Below the pieces are notes generated by a model, which did not search any database, had not been told where the DNA came from, and was given only the letters and a program-made list of their open reading frames with translations. A DNA stretch of 64,000 bases from Trichoplax adhaerens (Eukaryota; Animalia; Placozoa), in NCBI RefSeq assembly GCF_000150275.1, contig NW_002060964.1, positions 487,643 through 551,642 of the forward strand, written 5' to 3'. Both the position numbers and the translations under genes were made by a program. How positions within the stretch are numbered: the stretch's first letter is position 1; each line of letters begins with the position of its first letter. Positions 40,861 through 55,200 of this stretch are shown here, in pieces.

Positions 40861-43800
40861 ATGGCTTCAGAGATCATCAAAACCATTCCTCCCGATAGGT
40901 AAACGTAATCGTGATATGTAGCGATATAAAACTTGTCATAGATTTTAATAGACTTTGAAATACATTCTATCATATCATCTAGAACGGTATAAAAGATTAA
41001 ATTCTATTTGTAAGTTGCAGAAACTTTTAACTTCTTTCTCTTGCAGCATTATTCCTACTAATTTACTAGGAAATATTAACTTCCATGTTTTACGATATTA
41101 AGGCTTGTTTGAACGTCATGTTTTACTGTGTTTTATTAAAGTTTAATTACTTACTCAATTGCATTCTTCGAGGGATCTATCTGATAACTCTACTTTTAGT
41201 AACTTTTCACAGTACTGCAGAATCTTAGGTTAATAGAACTTCGAGGTTTATCAAATCCATCGGTGGCGATATTCATCGTAATGTAGATATCTAAAGCTTC
41301 TTATGACTACTATACCGGACACTTGTTACACCAGCTAGATGCACCAACGTATACGTATTTTATTTCATCATCAAATTTTAAAGCAATTGACTGATCCGTC
41401 TTTAATAGCGCAAGAATCGTTATCGATAATTAAATATAGGTTAACTAATTATTTAAGACAAATTCTGAATCAATTTTGGCCTTTATGCCGCCATTTTGGC
41501 TATTTGATTGGCCTATTCAATTGATTGGACATCGATTAAACGTTGGCAAGTTACGGACTCGCTACTGTACCTAAGGATGTGGAATTTTATACTAGACACT
41601 ATTGAGATATCACCTAAAAAGAGACTGACTGTCCTTCAGACAACGATCAATTAGAGTTAGGAATTTACTCTTCCATTGGCCTTATTTTCTCATACTATTA
41701 TTGAACGCTATGATACTCTAGGATTTAATTGACATTGCACCTAACTCCATTGGAGTTAGATTTTTACCCGTATGCTGGCCTTACTTTATTTCTGTTATTG
41801 ATAACTACGATGCACTATGAGCTCATTGATGTTGTATCTCGCTTCGCAATATCTACGAATTAGATTGCTAAACTACTTTAGCTGATAGATTGAATTAATT
41901 TTAGATAGAATTTAAGGTCATCTTCTTCATTACCCAGGTTATTACACTGTTTCCTTCATATCATACAATATACTAACCTTGATTTAATGAATCAAGGCGT
42001 AATAAATACTCACATACCACATCTAAATTCATCCCGCTTATTATCGGTGAAATATAGCTTCCTTATTTTATAATTAGGCTAACTTTCAGTTAATTAACGA
42101 CTTTAATACAAATCGTTGAACTAATCAACTTTGAAATCAGACTTGCAGATAAAATGAAGCTCATCATCTTCATTACTCATGTTATTGTGCTATTCCTTTC
42201 ATATTATACAACATCTAACCTTAAGCTAATGAATCAAGGCGTAATAAATAGTCGCCTACTACATATTGAACTCTTAGTTATCGGCGAAATATTTCTTCCC
42301 TATTTTATATTTGGGCTAACTTTGAGTCGGTTTATGACTCTGCAGTAAATTATGCAACCTTTAACCTGCAAAATTTTAACTCGATCTTACTACTAAATCG
42401 AGTCTATTTACAGTATATTATTTATATTACAGATATTATATAGTTTGGATATTATTCTTTCTCTTTGGAATCGCCAGTGCCATGCCTGTACATATATTTT
42501 TTACCGCATCAACAGTAAGGAAATATTTAGAATTTTCATCTTTTAGTTGATTCACCTTGGCAAGTGCCAATCATGTTGATTAATGTTATTGACTTCTTTG
42601 ATTAATCAATATGAGCCTCTTGTACTACAGTACTTTTCTGCTAAGCTAGAAGGAACGCCATACCAATATACTGTTGAGAATTACGTGATGCTCGCCCATA
42701 GTCTACCTACACTATTTATTGGTACTGTGAATATTTTGCTACTGCGATCGTAAGTTATGTTGAACAGCCGTCATTGATATTAATGATTGTGACTTTAAAT
42801 CTCTTCTATACTCTAATCGGTTAAAAACGAAAGCTTATTTTACTTTTTGCAATTTTTTAGGGTTGATGTCAGAAAACGTATCATATTTTCCTTGTCTGCT
42901 ATGATATTCTTTTTTATAGTTACAGCTGTCTTGGCCAAAATAGATACTTCTAAATGTAAGCTATTATTATTTGAATGTATAGAATTAATAACTATCCGGA
43001 TTATCGATACAGTTACCGTTAGCATAATGAAGTATTATTACCTGAATTATAGAGAATAATCCAGATCATAAATTAGTTATTACTACTTCAATCGGTTAAC
43101 TTAGTACGAAATTATTTGACCAATATCCTCATTTTTTTTCCCCTATACCCTTATGCTGTATTATATGAGATAGACTACTATACTTGAATAGAGAAAATCC
43201 ATCTGTTCATTCATCTATTATTTACAGCTTTGCGAGTATCTGTGATTTCATGCTAACAATATTTCCAGGCTAGCTCTAATTTAAAATGTAGATTACAATT
43301 ATCAGTCTTATCGTTGGTTTATCGAAATCATTAGATTTCATAAATCATGCTTGACCAAGAAAAGCCAAATATTCTTCTTTAAGATAAATAAATTAGTTTA
43401 TCAATTATTTTATTTGAAGTAATTTGAGCTATTTCAATCTATTTTCGATATTACAAGATCCCATTTACTGATCAGCTTTTAAATGTATTAGAAGTTACTG
43501 TGTCCTATCGTTTTTAGTTATAGTATGGTATAAATTGCTTCAATAACCGCTACATGTGCAATTCAATTAGAGTTTATTAGTTCCATTTTGTCTCTATTTG
43601 CTGTACCATAATAAGTAAGCTTATTATTCTTTAGCAGTTTGCCAGGTTTATTTCTGACTTGCGACATTTTACCGTCATTTTTTTAAATCAAACGGCAAAA
43701 TTTAAATAACATTCTTACACATCGATCCTATCTATTTTACTTTCAACTTTTAAAATCTTTACGACTCATTTCCTCACCACTATGTAGTATTTATCTCTCA

Positions 43801-46800
43801 GTCAGTTTATACCTTTATGTTATTTGAATAAGAATAAACTAGCCACTTTCTTTATAATTTTTTAGCTATAAGTTACTTATCGTGGAACAATTTCTTTATC
43901 TTCTCTTACAGGGAAATTTACGTTTTTCGTTCTAACCTTAACGATTATCATCCTAAACAGTAGTAAGTAAAATAGATTAAATAAATTCGAAAATCTATGT
44001 AGGGTGAAAATAAAATTTTTAATGGTTCAATTCTATCTAACAACTATAGCAGTAGCCAAAGTCATTAAATAAAGCACAGCATAGATTTACCTTATATTTG
44101 CACTATTAACCAAAAAATTAAGACTGAATATTCTATACCATATAGTTACTTACAGCAACTTGAGAGTTCATTTCATCATGCACTTTACACATTACTAGCT
44201 CACTTATGGTTGTTTTTGAAGCCAAGTAAACATTGTCTATGGATAAGTAAATTAATAAGGCATATAGTAGACGGTCATAGTGATTTAATTTTAATCCAAG
44301 ATTAGAATACACCATTTTAATTTACTTATAGCGCTATTCAACAGGTTCCAATAAATTCAACTATTAACTTTCTAAGTAAATTTAAATGTAACCAAGATCA
44401 AGTGAATTGTAACAGAGTTCTCTTCTATTCGCTTCCGTCACTATGGTAGTCAGTAAATTCATCTCAGTCATGATTAATGATGCCAATCAACGAGTATTCG
44501 TTATATTCACGACTATGGATTTTCCGTCAGAACTGGCATACAAACAACCAATACCTTATCTAATTTCTTTCTTTTACTTCTATACCTGTAATGCAAACGA
44601 TACCAAGTGCTTGGCGGCACAATTTATCAAGCAAGTGTATTCGGATTGGTTAGTGTCTTCCCCAAGGAATACGCACAAGCTTTAGTCGCCGGTCAAGTAA
44701 GGAATTTTAAGATTGTGTAATACTGTATCAGAAGTTATCATGTTAATTTAATGATATTCAATATACGTATTAAATAAAAGTTTCGACTGCCTTTAAATCA
44801 AGCCTAATGTTCCATTTGTTTCAACCTAAATTCATTAAGATATATATTTCTTTGCAAATTTTTGCAGGGTATATCCGGTCTCTTTACTGCACTATCCAGT
44901 ATCCTATCACTAATCGGTATGAAACAGAAAATTAGTTGCAATGATAAATAATAGTAAAAGAGAGCACTCAATATTCCTATTCACTTTTTTATGCAATAGT
45001 CTAGTAATTGTTATCGCTATATTAAGATCTTAAAGTATATGAGATCTTGAATTTATCAATTGAATACTCAAGACTGTTCAAGTATAAAGGAACCAAAGCT
45101 TTTTGACTAGTTTAACTCCGTCTATATAACAACTATACAGCAAAATCTAGTCATCACTACCTCAATATCGAGTTCTAAACATTATTAAATCTTGAATTTA
45201 TCGTATTGAATATTCAAGATCGTTTTGGTTAAACTGTAGTGTACGGGTTATTAGCCCTGGGTACTTAATTCGTAAACTCAAAATTCTGAGTTGTTAAAAT
45301 CGAGGAAATCCCTAATGTGACACAAAATAGTCAACACCGAATAATTGACTTATAAAGGTTTAGTTTATTAACGTCCGTGTGTCGTCAGTCAAAGAAGAAT
45401 TCCAATTTCTTCCCTAATAATAACAGTTGAAAATGGCTAAGATAAACCGGATAATCGACTTAGCCTCTACGATAAAAATTCTATACAACTTATACAAATT
45501 ATCATCAATTGCTCCTCTACATAGGAGTCATCAATCACATTAGTACATTGCTTAATAATATTACTTAATATGGCTATCAGCTACGGGCTTATATAGCACG
45601 TACTATATTAAGATATACAGTTCTACACAACATATCATCGCTGTATTACCTACACAAAACTACTGCAATTAGCTGAAATCACTACGTAAGCATGAAGAAG
45701 TTAAGATTTAATAGCTAGTTTAATACCATCTACATAACTACACGGTATAATCTAGTCACTTTTATCACAGTATTGAGATTTTAGACAAAGTTCAAGACTG
45801 TTCAACGTAAGCATGATGACTATATATTGGATTGTAGATGATTAGCTTAGCTTAGAAAAATGCTCTTACTAGACTGTAAATTCAGCGTATGAGCGAGATA
45901 CAACTACTTAGTTTCAATGATCTTAAATAGTATGTATGTTGATTTACTATTAATGGTAGTGATTAATAGTGACGATTAGACCATAGATTTACTAAAATAG
46001 TCGTAATATAGCAAACGAGTAATAATTTCTGTAGAAGTACAATATATTTTACTTTATTAAATTGCAAACAATCAGCCGAAATATAGGTTCCCAATAGTAA
46101 TGCTGTGCTCGTAAAATGAGGTCTTCGTAGGAATTATCGTGTATTCAGCTAGAATAAGTCTGTGTATAATGTCTTGTATGAAGATTCTAATAAATTTCTA
46201 ATTATCTTTGATAAGTAATTGATTCGTGATTTTTTCATCACAGTAGTCGAAATATTACCAATACGTCTGGCAATAACTATAATGTATACTAAATTTTTTT
46301 CTAGTAACGGGATCCGCAAGTCGCAGTGGTTTTGCTTACTTTGCCAGTGGAGTTGGGATACTAGTCTTATGCATGATTATTCACATACTACTGAACAAAA
46401 ATGTCAGTTTTATTTTCATAATATATCGATATTAAGTATATTTGAAATAGTACGGTAGAATATCATTTTGGTAAAGGAAGATAGTTAATAAAGTAAATTT
46501 TATACAGCACTTCCAAACTATAACTTCATTCTATGCCAATTTTTATCTAGGCTTTTGCAAGATATTATATGGAAACACGTTTAGAATACGGTTCTAACCT
46601 TATTGATTAAATACAATACAACTAAAAAATTTCAATCAACATTAGATAGACTATTAACCGTATTCACTTATTAATCGGATAATTGTAAATCATTGAATAC
46701 AATCAAAATAGATGTGCAGCAGAAGAAAAAGCTTCTAGATGACGCAAGACGTTCTAGTGATTCTGACGACGAAGATGATCATGTTCCATACGAAAATAGT

Positions 46801-48307
46801 AAACTGCGGCGCATTAAGTATATTTTTGGAAAGGTAATCAAGAATACTATTAGAATTAGACTTACCAAAGATTGAGAAAAAATGGAAATTTCATTGAATA
46901 ATTTAATTCATACGCTGTTTGATTTTCAGGTATGGCCAGTTGTTGTTGCCCAACTTCTTTGTTGTGGTGTTTCGTATTGTATTGTTCCGAGTATTGCGTC
47001 GCGAGCTATTTCCATCTATCGTGGAAATAACACCCTGTTAACAGGTATTGTTACCATAATTTCAGTAGTTTAAACTCGTTGTCGTATATTGTTTCTATTC
47101 TAGACTTGAGCTCCATCAATTTATGGTTTTTTAACCTAGTTTCGTAGCTGGTAATGCTATCTTAATTTAATGACTGTTATTTAATTCAACCGTAATTTAT
47201 ATACTTCAAATGTTATGCTCATCTGCCATACTCAATTAAGGTCTATAGCATATTATGTACATAGCTATTGCTATCTTGAGTATCATTGCGTTATTATAAC
47301 ACTGTAAGTATATAGAAAGACGATAGTTAAGGTAGATCCAGTATCTTATCAGATAAGAATATTCTTATTTTCCCATGTTCTTAAAGATAAATGATATTTA
47401 AAGTAAATGACTATACTGGCGTCCATAATTACCGGAAATATAACTCACTCATACGCGTCGGATGGCTCTAATTTATGTACTATGGTTCTAGAGTTATCAA
47501 TTCAACTCTTGTATTGCTGAATTAATATTGATTTCCTGATATTTTTTTTATTAGGTCCATTATTTATACCTATAGTATGCTTTCTATTATTTGCCGTAGC
47601 CGATGTGGTCGGCCGACTGACCTCCAGATGGATACTATTGGTCAGTCAAGGAGTATTGTTTAGTTGATAGAATACTTTCTAAACCATTAGTCTACTAAGT
47701 CTTAACTAATTTGATATAAGGCTAACGTATAGCGGATGAGTTATTTATTTACTATAAATATATCAACTATAGCTTGATTTCTTTATGTTTTATTTCATTA
47801 TCTGTATGTATATGGATCTAGCCCGGTCAAAATCAAGGGATATTGTTGCTTATCATATCCATTAGCAGAATTATTTTTATTCCACTTTTCATGTATTGCA
47901 ATGTTCATCCACGAAGGCATCTGCCAGTAAAAATCTATAGTGACATCGTTTATACTATATTAATTGTATTACTTGGCATTTCTCACGGTTACATCAATAC
48001 ATTATGCTCCATGTATGCACCAAAGTAAGTCTTAGCTTTATCAGAGCTTACAGTAGGCCATATTTGAATCAGATACTTACTGATTATTTCCATCAATAAA
48101 TTACACATTATGATGAAGACGCCTTTACAGCTATTGCTAGTGTCTTGTCTAGCTACTCCTGATATTTAATTACAGTTTAAATTAAAATTTTTTAGGCGTG
48201 TTCCACCAAAACTTAGCGAATCAGCAGGAGCAATGGCCTACCTCTTTCTCGTTATTGGGGTTACTGTAGGTACATTAGTATCATTTGGAGTGGTTGCGAT
48301 GCTTTAA
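40861..48307 (+). CDS. ENT/SLC29 paralog E (14 exons, about 432 aa)
   Basis: Exons 40861-40898, 42433-42514, 42631-42749, 42861-42955, 43912-43962, 44608-44696, 44868-44916, 46305-46402, 46551-46590, 46712-46833, 46930-47044, 47555-47640, 47822-48024, 48196-48307. MASEIIKTIPPDRY...IYQASVFGLVSVFP...ADVVGR...PLFMYCNVHPRRHLP...SHGY...ESAGA. Confidence 0.92.
41660..42335 (+). repeat. Two adjacent tandem duplications (about 90 bp x2 and about 240 bp x2) in intron 1 of gene E
   Basis: gagttag...tggcctta.ttt...ttattga near 41665 and 41753; tcatc.tcttcattac.ca.gttatt...taatgaatcaaggcgtaataaata...ttatcgg.gaaatat near 41918 and 42161. Confidence 0.8.
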
Positions 48308-50604
48308 TGCTTAATCGCTAAAGAATAAGCTTAGGCTGGACAAAGGCTTAGCATGATGGATCCTTTCGATGTTTGTTATCTATTTACAAACAGAGCGATG
48401 ATTGCCAAGTGAATGATGAAAATTCTATGATCTTCAACTTTCAACAGAATTTTAATAGTATCGTTTAAATATTTTAAATAGAAATTTAAGAAGCTCATAG
48501 TTTAATTTTCATCATTTCATCGTATTTTATTACTCAGAATTAGTTCATACCTAACCAATACAGCATAAAAACATACCTGCATTTATCAAGTTTAATTTCG
48601 AATTATTTCTCTCTGAACCAACTGAAAGCAATTACTTATTTCGACAAATTGTAAAAATTAAGATAGCATACGGTGGATTACTTTAGAAGTAACATTTAAT
48701 GTCATCCATGATGATTCCATATTATAAGATACCAACTTGATTTCCTATTACTAGTTGAAGTAATCTTCAATTTTGGGAAATTTGTCATTTCTGTAGTCCA
48801 TCTTGGCTCAATATTTTTATTATTAAGCACATGAGAAGCTTTAGTGTAAAATATACTAAATATAAATAGGTATACAAATATAATTTAAATATCAAAGCAT
48901 CGAACTACAGTGCACACCTTTGTAATTTTTAAGATAGCAACAGTTTTTACAATGCAAGACATGTTACAAAACTTTAAAAATATCAATCGATCTATTGAAA
49001 TTTATTACTTTAAAACTTACGAGATTATCATTTTAATTTAACTTTTAATTTCATTTTTTTTGGCCTCAGCTCTTATTTCTTCCGTTTAATATTTTAAAGA
49101 AATTGACAGAGCAGCCTTAAAGTTCAATTTTCAACCGCTTTTTCTGTATCTGCTAGTGTTCTTGATCTATCGCATTTAAAAAAATTGATGGGATAGAATT
49201 GGTTAATAAAGATGAAAGTAAACACATAGAATAGCAATTTGAATTGAAATTTCCGATTCTAATAGTTCTATATGAAATAGATAACTAAATTACTCCGAAA
49301 AGAATGTAGCTCATGTAGTATATAAAGCGATGTATAGGTATTACTGTTCAAGGATATGTGTGGATAAAGCCCTCAACAGCACTACAGACTCAGTAAGTAG
49401 TCTCTTAATATGATAATATTTACTAGTATAGGTCAAAATCAACCAGCTGAAATCACTATTAAGCTTTATTCTCCAATTATGTACATGTCAAACAAAATCA
49501 CTTACAGGTACCACAGCAATCTATTAGACAATAGGAATTTTAAGTAACATTTACTTACTTATCAATAAACTGTAGATTCATTACTAATCATGATCGTCTA
49601 TCATTCAAATAAGAAGGTGAATAGTGTTAACCTCACTTAGCCATGCTGTCCTTGTAGACTATTTCTGATGTTATAATAAAGGCATCAATAACTATAATTA
49701 GGTACTTCTATGTACAGGTACATGATATCTATTGGTTATTGCCAATATTATTATAAATGTTGAGAAAAATTGAATTATAGTAATCTATGGCTACATGGCC
49801 TTCAATCATAATGATAACAATAACATTAACGGTACATGCATGCAGAATTCCATTTTGATACATTTTAGTAGACTAGCTGCTAGAAATAGTCAAGACTAGA
49901 AACATATCTAGTGCTGGAGGATTGGAGTAGAAGTAAAGTATCGTCTACAATTGTATTGTACTTCTCGTTACTTCGTGTTAGTCAGTTTCTTATTCATCAC
50001 AGGTATTTCAACGACTGTTTCGTTCATTCCTATAACCCAAAGAATGACTAGTAGAGTAAAGTACGATAAGCATATAGTTATAGATTACATAGATTCGAAA
50101 CGGTCTACGAGTTAATTAAGTTAGCTTTATATTAACGATCGCTAAGCTCAACGAAATACAAGGCATTCAATTATAAAAATGAAGATCTCTTATTACTGCA
50201 CATGTAGGACTACGGCCTATGCGGTATGAATACTATCCAATGGTTAGCTACATTGGAATAAGATATGTATGACGTTGAACTATGCCCACGCTAGCAACCT
50301 AAACAACGGATGATCTTATCATTAATTCTAACTACAACTTGTCACTTTGCTAAAAACTTTAGAACACTTCACAGACTTGAAGGCATAAGCGACTATCATG
50401 GACTAATGGAGGATGTGGTAGTCTTTACGAGACTGCTAATTAATAATTCAAGAGGATGATTCAATTTTTTCATTCTTCATCTTTTCCTGCCATAAGTACA
50501 TCATTTAGATTACTACATTTATTGAAAACTAGTAAAAGAATATAATCCCTATAGTTATGTAAGGTACCCAAAACACCTATCTCAGTTAGATCTGTTATGC
50601 GTAA

Positions 50605-50845
50605 CATACTGTAGTAAATGACTATAGCAGAGTCCTTTATAGCTTTTAGTTTGTAACTATTGTTACTTTACTATAGAAAATATCGAGAAAGTGGTAGTAT
50701 CTTATAAGTTTTACCCTGCCAAATAAGGATGTCGCCATGTTTTCTTCCTTACTATTTTATAAAGTATTGTATAGATTACTATAGAATTAACCTAAGAGCA
50801 ATCACCTAATCTAAAGAAAGAGCGTTTGGTGGTCTATTAGGATTG
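50605..50845 (+). repeat. Dispersed repeat of about 240 bp, copy 2 (between genes E and F)
   Basis: Direct-orientation match to 13325-13565. Confidence 0.85.
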
Positions 50846-52292
50846 TAAATGAATTTGACTCAGTAACAAAGTCCTATCCACAAAGAAAGAGGATTTATAA
50901 CATGACAGTAAAGTACTGCGATGTAGGTTATAATCGGTCAGCCACCGTACAATTTCACACTAAACATCAACTGTCAATACTAATGTCAGAAAAGTAGTCA
51001 TAGTTGTCACATAAAATTTTTTGATAAGCGATTATGTGATCTTTATAAAATTTAGATTTTTCGGATTCAGAATCCGGAACCGGTCAGATCTATGTCCGAT
51101 ATAATTTTGGGATTCTAATGTTTAGAAAATGTTAGAAGAGTTGATTTTTGAAATTTGAACTTTTTGTTGTGAATTTGAAATTTTGGAATTTTATGAGGAG
51201 AAATGAAAGTTACATTAACAAAGTTTAGTTGAGGAAATAGAAAATAAGATGGCAAGTGGTAGAGGTTGTGTTGATTGCTAAGAAGTTAGACTGTTATTTT
51301 TATGATTTAATCTTTATATTTAAGCTTGATGTATTCTATGGTTAGGCTGTTGGCTTTATAGTGTTTTGTAAAGTAATCATAAGATTAATTGTGTCTGAAC
51401 TTTGAATGATTTTTTTTTTCTTAAGTGGTGCAAAGTAGTTTTCTAAAGTGAATCTTAAGAGAGATTGGTTAATAAATGTTTAGTTTTAAATACCACATAC
51501 GGCTCTGTGAAACCTATAAATGATAGTGGAATTAGAATATTTAGAGTAGAGAGTAAAGAAAGATTCTTTTGAAGAGCTTGTCGAATTTTAAAGACCTTCG
51601 GGGTGGAACTGTTGTAAGTGAAAACATTCTTGTTTTTTTTAGATTGTTTGGTTGTTGACAGTTTCAGTTCTGTCCTTTCTTTTTATTTCGTCACTTATAA
51701 TACTTAGAATTAAGTATTTTAAAGGCNTGTTTGATCGGACTCTCTCACGCTTTCTTAATAAATTGTTGATATTTTATTTCCCAAATATAAATTTGGTGTC
51801 AAAGTTTTGTTAAGTCGACCAGAGTGCAAAGAATGTAGAATTAAAGTTTGTTAGAAGTTTTGTAGCTTGATTTCTACACACTTCATTTCATTGCATTACA
51901 ATCAAACTGCAAACATCACAATCTACAATTTTAGAAAGTATTTTATTACATACATATGATAGCACTTTAAATATCGTTTTCGTTGACATACATGAGGATA
52001 GATTTAGCGTGTACGAATAACAAGTTTTTTCGTACATTAACTGGGCTACCGCTTCGTGCTATTCGAAATTTAACTTATTTTCATTGGGCTATCTGGGAAA
52101 GGCCTAGTTTAATAAATGTATATTAATAAGACAATTGTCCATCTCTCAGGTAAAACAATACCAAACGCTTCATGAACTTTTTGCAGACTTTCACGCTCGA
52201 AACATTAATTTAGAGCCCATATCAACATATTATGCTATACCTAAATTCATTGTTACACCTCATTTACATCGTCTGTCTAAATTTAATATTAT

Positions 52293-55200
52293 TTATAACA
52301 GTGCAACAGTAGCAAACGACAAAGCTGATCCCAAGCCTAATCCCAATATCAGACAAGCAGCCATAATTGCTCCTGTTGATTCTGCATATTTGGCATCAAC
52401 CCTCCTGTGATAGATATTAAGATGACGGTTTCAAGGAGACTCAAAATGTTATCAAATATGACTAAATCAAGCGAAACCGTATTATACAGTTACTCACATT
52501 GGACCATACATCATCGATAACGATATGATGTAGCCATTGGATACACCCAGCAGTGCCAATGATATGACGTACACAATATCACTTGGAATTAAAACTGGTA
52601 GATTACTTCGTGGTTGAACATTCATTAGTAAGAATAAGGGAATAAATCCAATTCTCATAAGGGTCAGGATCAAAAGAGTGATCCCACGTTTATAGTTTGG
52701 CTAAAAGTGATAAAATTGCATTTGTAAGAAAGAATCTTCTATTAATAAACAGGCTGATAAAATAACAAGTCATTCAATCATTATTGCTGCTGCTGTACCT
52801 GCAGCAGCCATAAGGCCAGAAATCTTCCCACAAAATCTGCTACATTAAAAGTCAGAAAGCATGTAACCGGCGTAAAGAATCGATCTGTAAGAATTCAGAT
52901 ACATATTAGCAAGCGTCACTTATAAATTTTTTGAACGATTTGTAAAATTTAGCCTTACTAAGAAAAGTACTATTTGACGCTTTATCAACAGGTTCAATCC
53001 GAGACGCTATTGCCGGATATACCCCCAATGTTATCGTGAAACAGAGTATGCCAGATAATGCAGTGGGCCAAATCTGTTACAAATTGATAAATAGCAGCCT
53101 TAAGAGTTTAAAAGTTGATAGTTTAAGCTACACTTTTTGTTATTCTAATATACTGTATAATACATAAGAATTGAAAGTTATACAGTATTAGTCTCTAACC
53201 TGCTTCCAAATCATGATTAGGTAGCGACCACCATGAACCCACCTACTTACAGTAACAGATATGTCCTTTTCATCAGCGACTCTGGTTTTCTCCATGGCAT
53301 CATTATCAGAAGGAGATTCTTCTTCAGCTAACAGGTATCAAATAAGTAATAAGAGGTATCAAATAGAGATTCTTCTTCAGCTAACAGGTATCAAATAAAG
53401 TGACTTTTATATATTGCACTCGTAGCATATTAAGTAAGTATCGAAACAGTTTACCATCGGTTTTTTCAGCTGATTTATCAAATTCTAATTTCTTCATATG
53501 ATATTTAGCGTACTCCTACGTCAATTCATATGGTAATTTTGATACGATTTAAAAATAATGACGAGTACTTTCATACTACCCAAGTATGCAAGAAACTACA
53601 ACACTTACGATTCTACGAAGCAACGCATACGATATGATGCATACAAGCAAAGCTACAACAGCACTGATAAAATAGAAGACAGCACTTTCGTACGGATCAT
53701 TAGCACCTAAATAAACAATGGGCTTCAGTAAAGGACAATATTCATAAAGTCGAATCCCACTTACTACTTTTGGCGTAATCAAACTCTCCATAAAATAGTT
53801 TATCATACTCCTTACCTAATAGTGAGAGTATACTTGCTGCTGATGTAAAAATTCCAGCTAACGCCTGTAAAAGTACGCAGAATGTTGTGGTTGCTATAGC
53901 AATTTATCCCAAAAATTGATGCGATATTACACTGCGATCTTGGTTTACCTGTCCGCTAACTACGGATTGTGAATATTGCTTGGGGAAGAGACTGGCTAAC
54001 CCGAATAAGCTAGATTGATAGATAGCTGAACCCAAAGCTAACTCAATCAAATAGAAAAAATATTAATAAATTACGAAATACTGTAATCAGTACTTTCTTT
54101 CTCAGTTCCTTGAAACAAGCACAACTATCCTTTCAAGATCACCAATGAAGACAATAGTACTTACAGTTAGATATCACAATGCCAACAATAGTGAGAGTGA
54201 AGAATGTGTCTATCCCTATAAAGAACTTATCAATGGTTAGCTTAAGAAAATAGTGACATACAGAATTTCAGCATAAAACTCGAATGACCAATCCAACAAT
54301 TCTCTAAAAACTTATAATTAAAGGCAATTTTATTGAACCATTTACTAATTTCGAAATTTATAACGCTGCATTCACATTGAGTGTATACTTACATGTCGAC
54401 GTATCGACCTTGACCATGACAGCAGTGAAAATAAATATTATCATCAAGATGACTGGAGAAACTATCATGCGAATCTTTAAGCGAATCCTAAAAATTTTTT
54501 CGAAATATTCCAATGGATATTTTGATTAACAATTATGTAGCATGGTATGAAAGTAATGACTGTAATTGTGTAAATTCACTACAAGTTCGAGATACACTAT
54601 TCAATGATATCATATACGTGAGAGCACAGCTTAGTATCAAAACCTCTCTACATTAAATTACATTATTTATATTGTACGGGTAGCGCTATACTGGAAATGG
54701 TTATTAAGTTTTTTAATATTTATTTATCGATAACAGTAATGAAACAGCCGAATTATTTTATATGCATATATAGAGACTAAATCAAGGAAAATTTTATCTT
54801 ATGCCGAGGCGACCTAAAATATTGAGATCATGCTCATCAAGGATAACGAGGTACATCTTAATAAGTTCGTTTAAGCGTGGATTGCAGGAGAAGACGGCCA
54901 TATGACTTATAGATAAAGACGAGAAGAATACAATAACCAGACTTATAGACGACTATCAAACGTAAAGGAAGTGATGAAAGATTACTAGAACAGGAACGTA
55001 CAGTAAGCAAAACTGAAGACTAGAAAGGCACTATCATAATAAGACTGTTAGGTATGACTAGAAGAATATTAGATTATCTCAAAATTACTTGAAGACGACT
55101 GCCAGTTGGAGAATAAAATAACGGCAAGGTTATTTGTTGACGAATATGGATAGGAAAAGACTAGAAGAAGACTACCATACCTTAGGTAATCTAAACTCTA

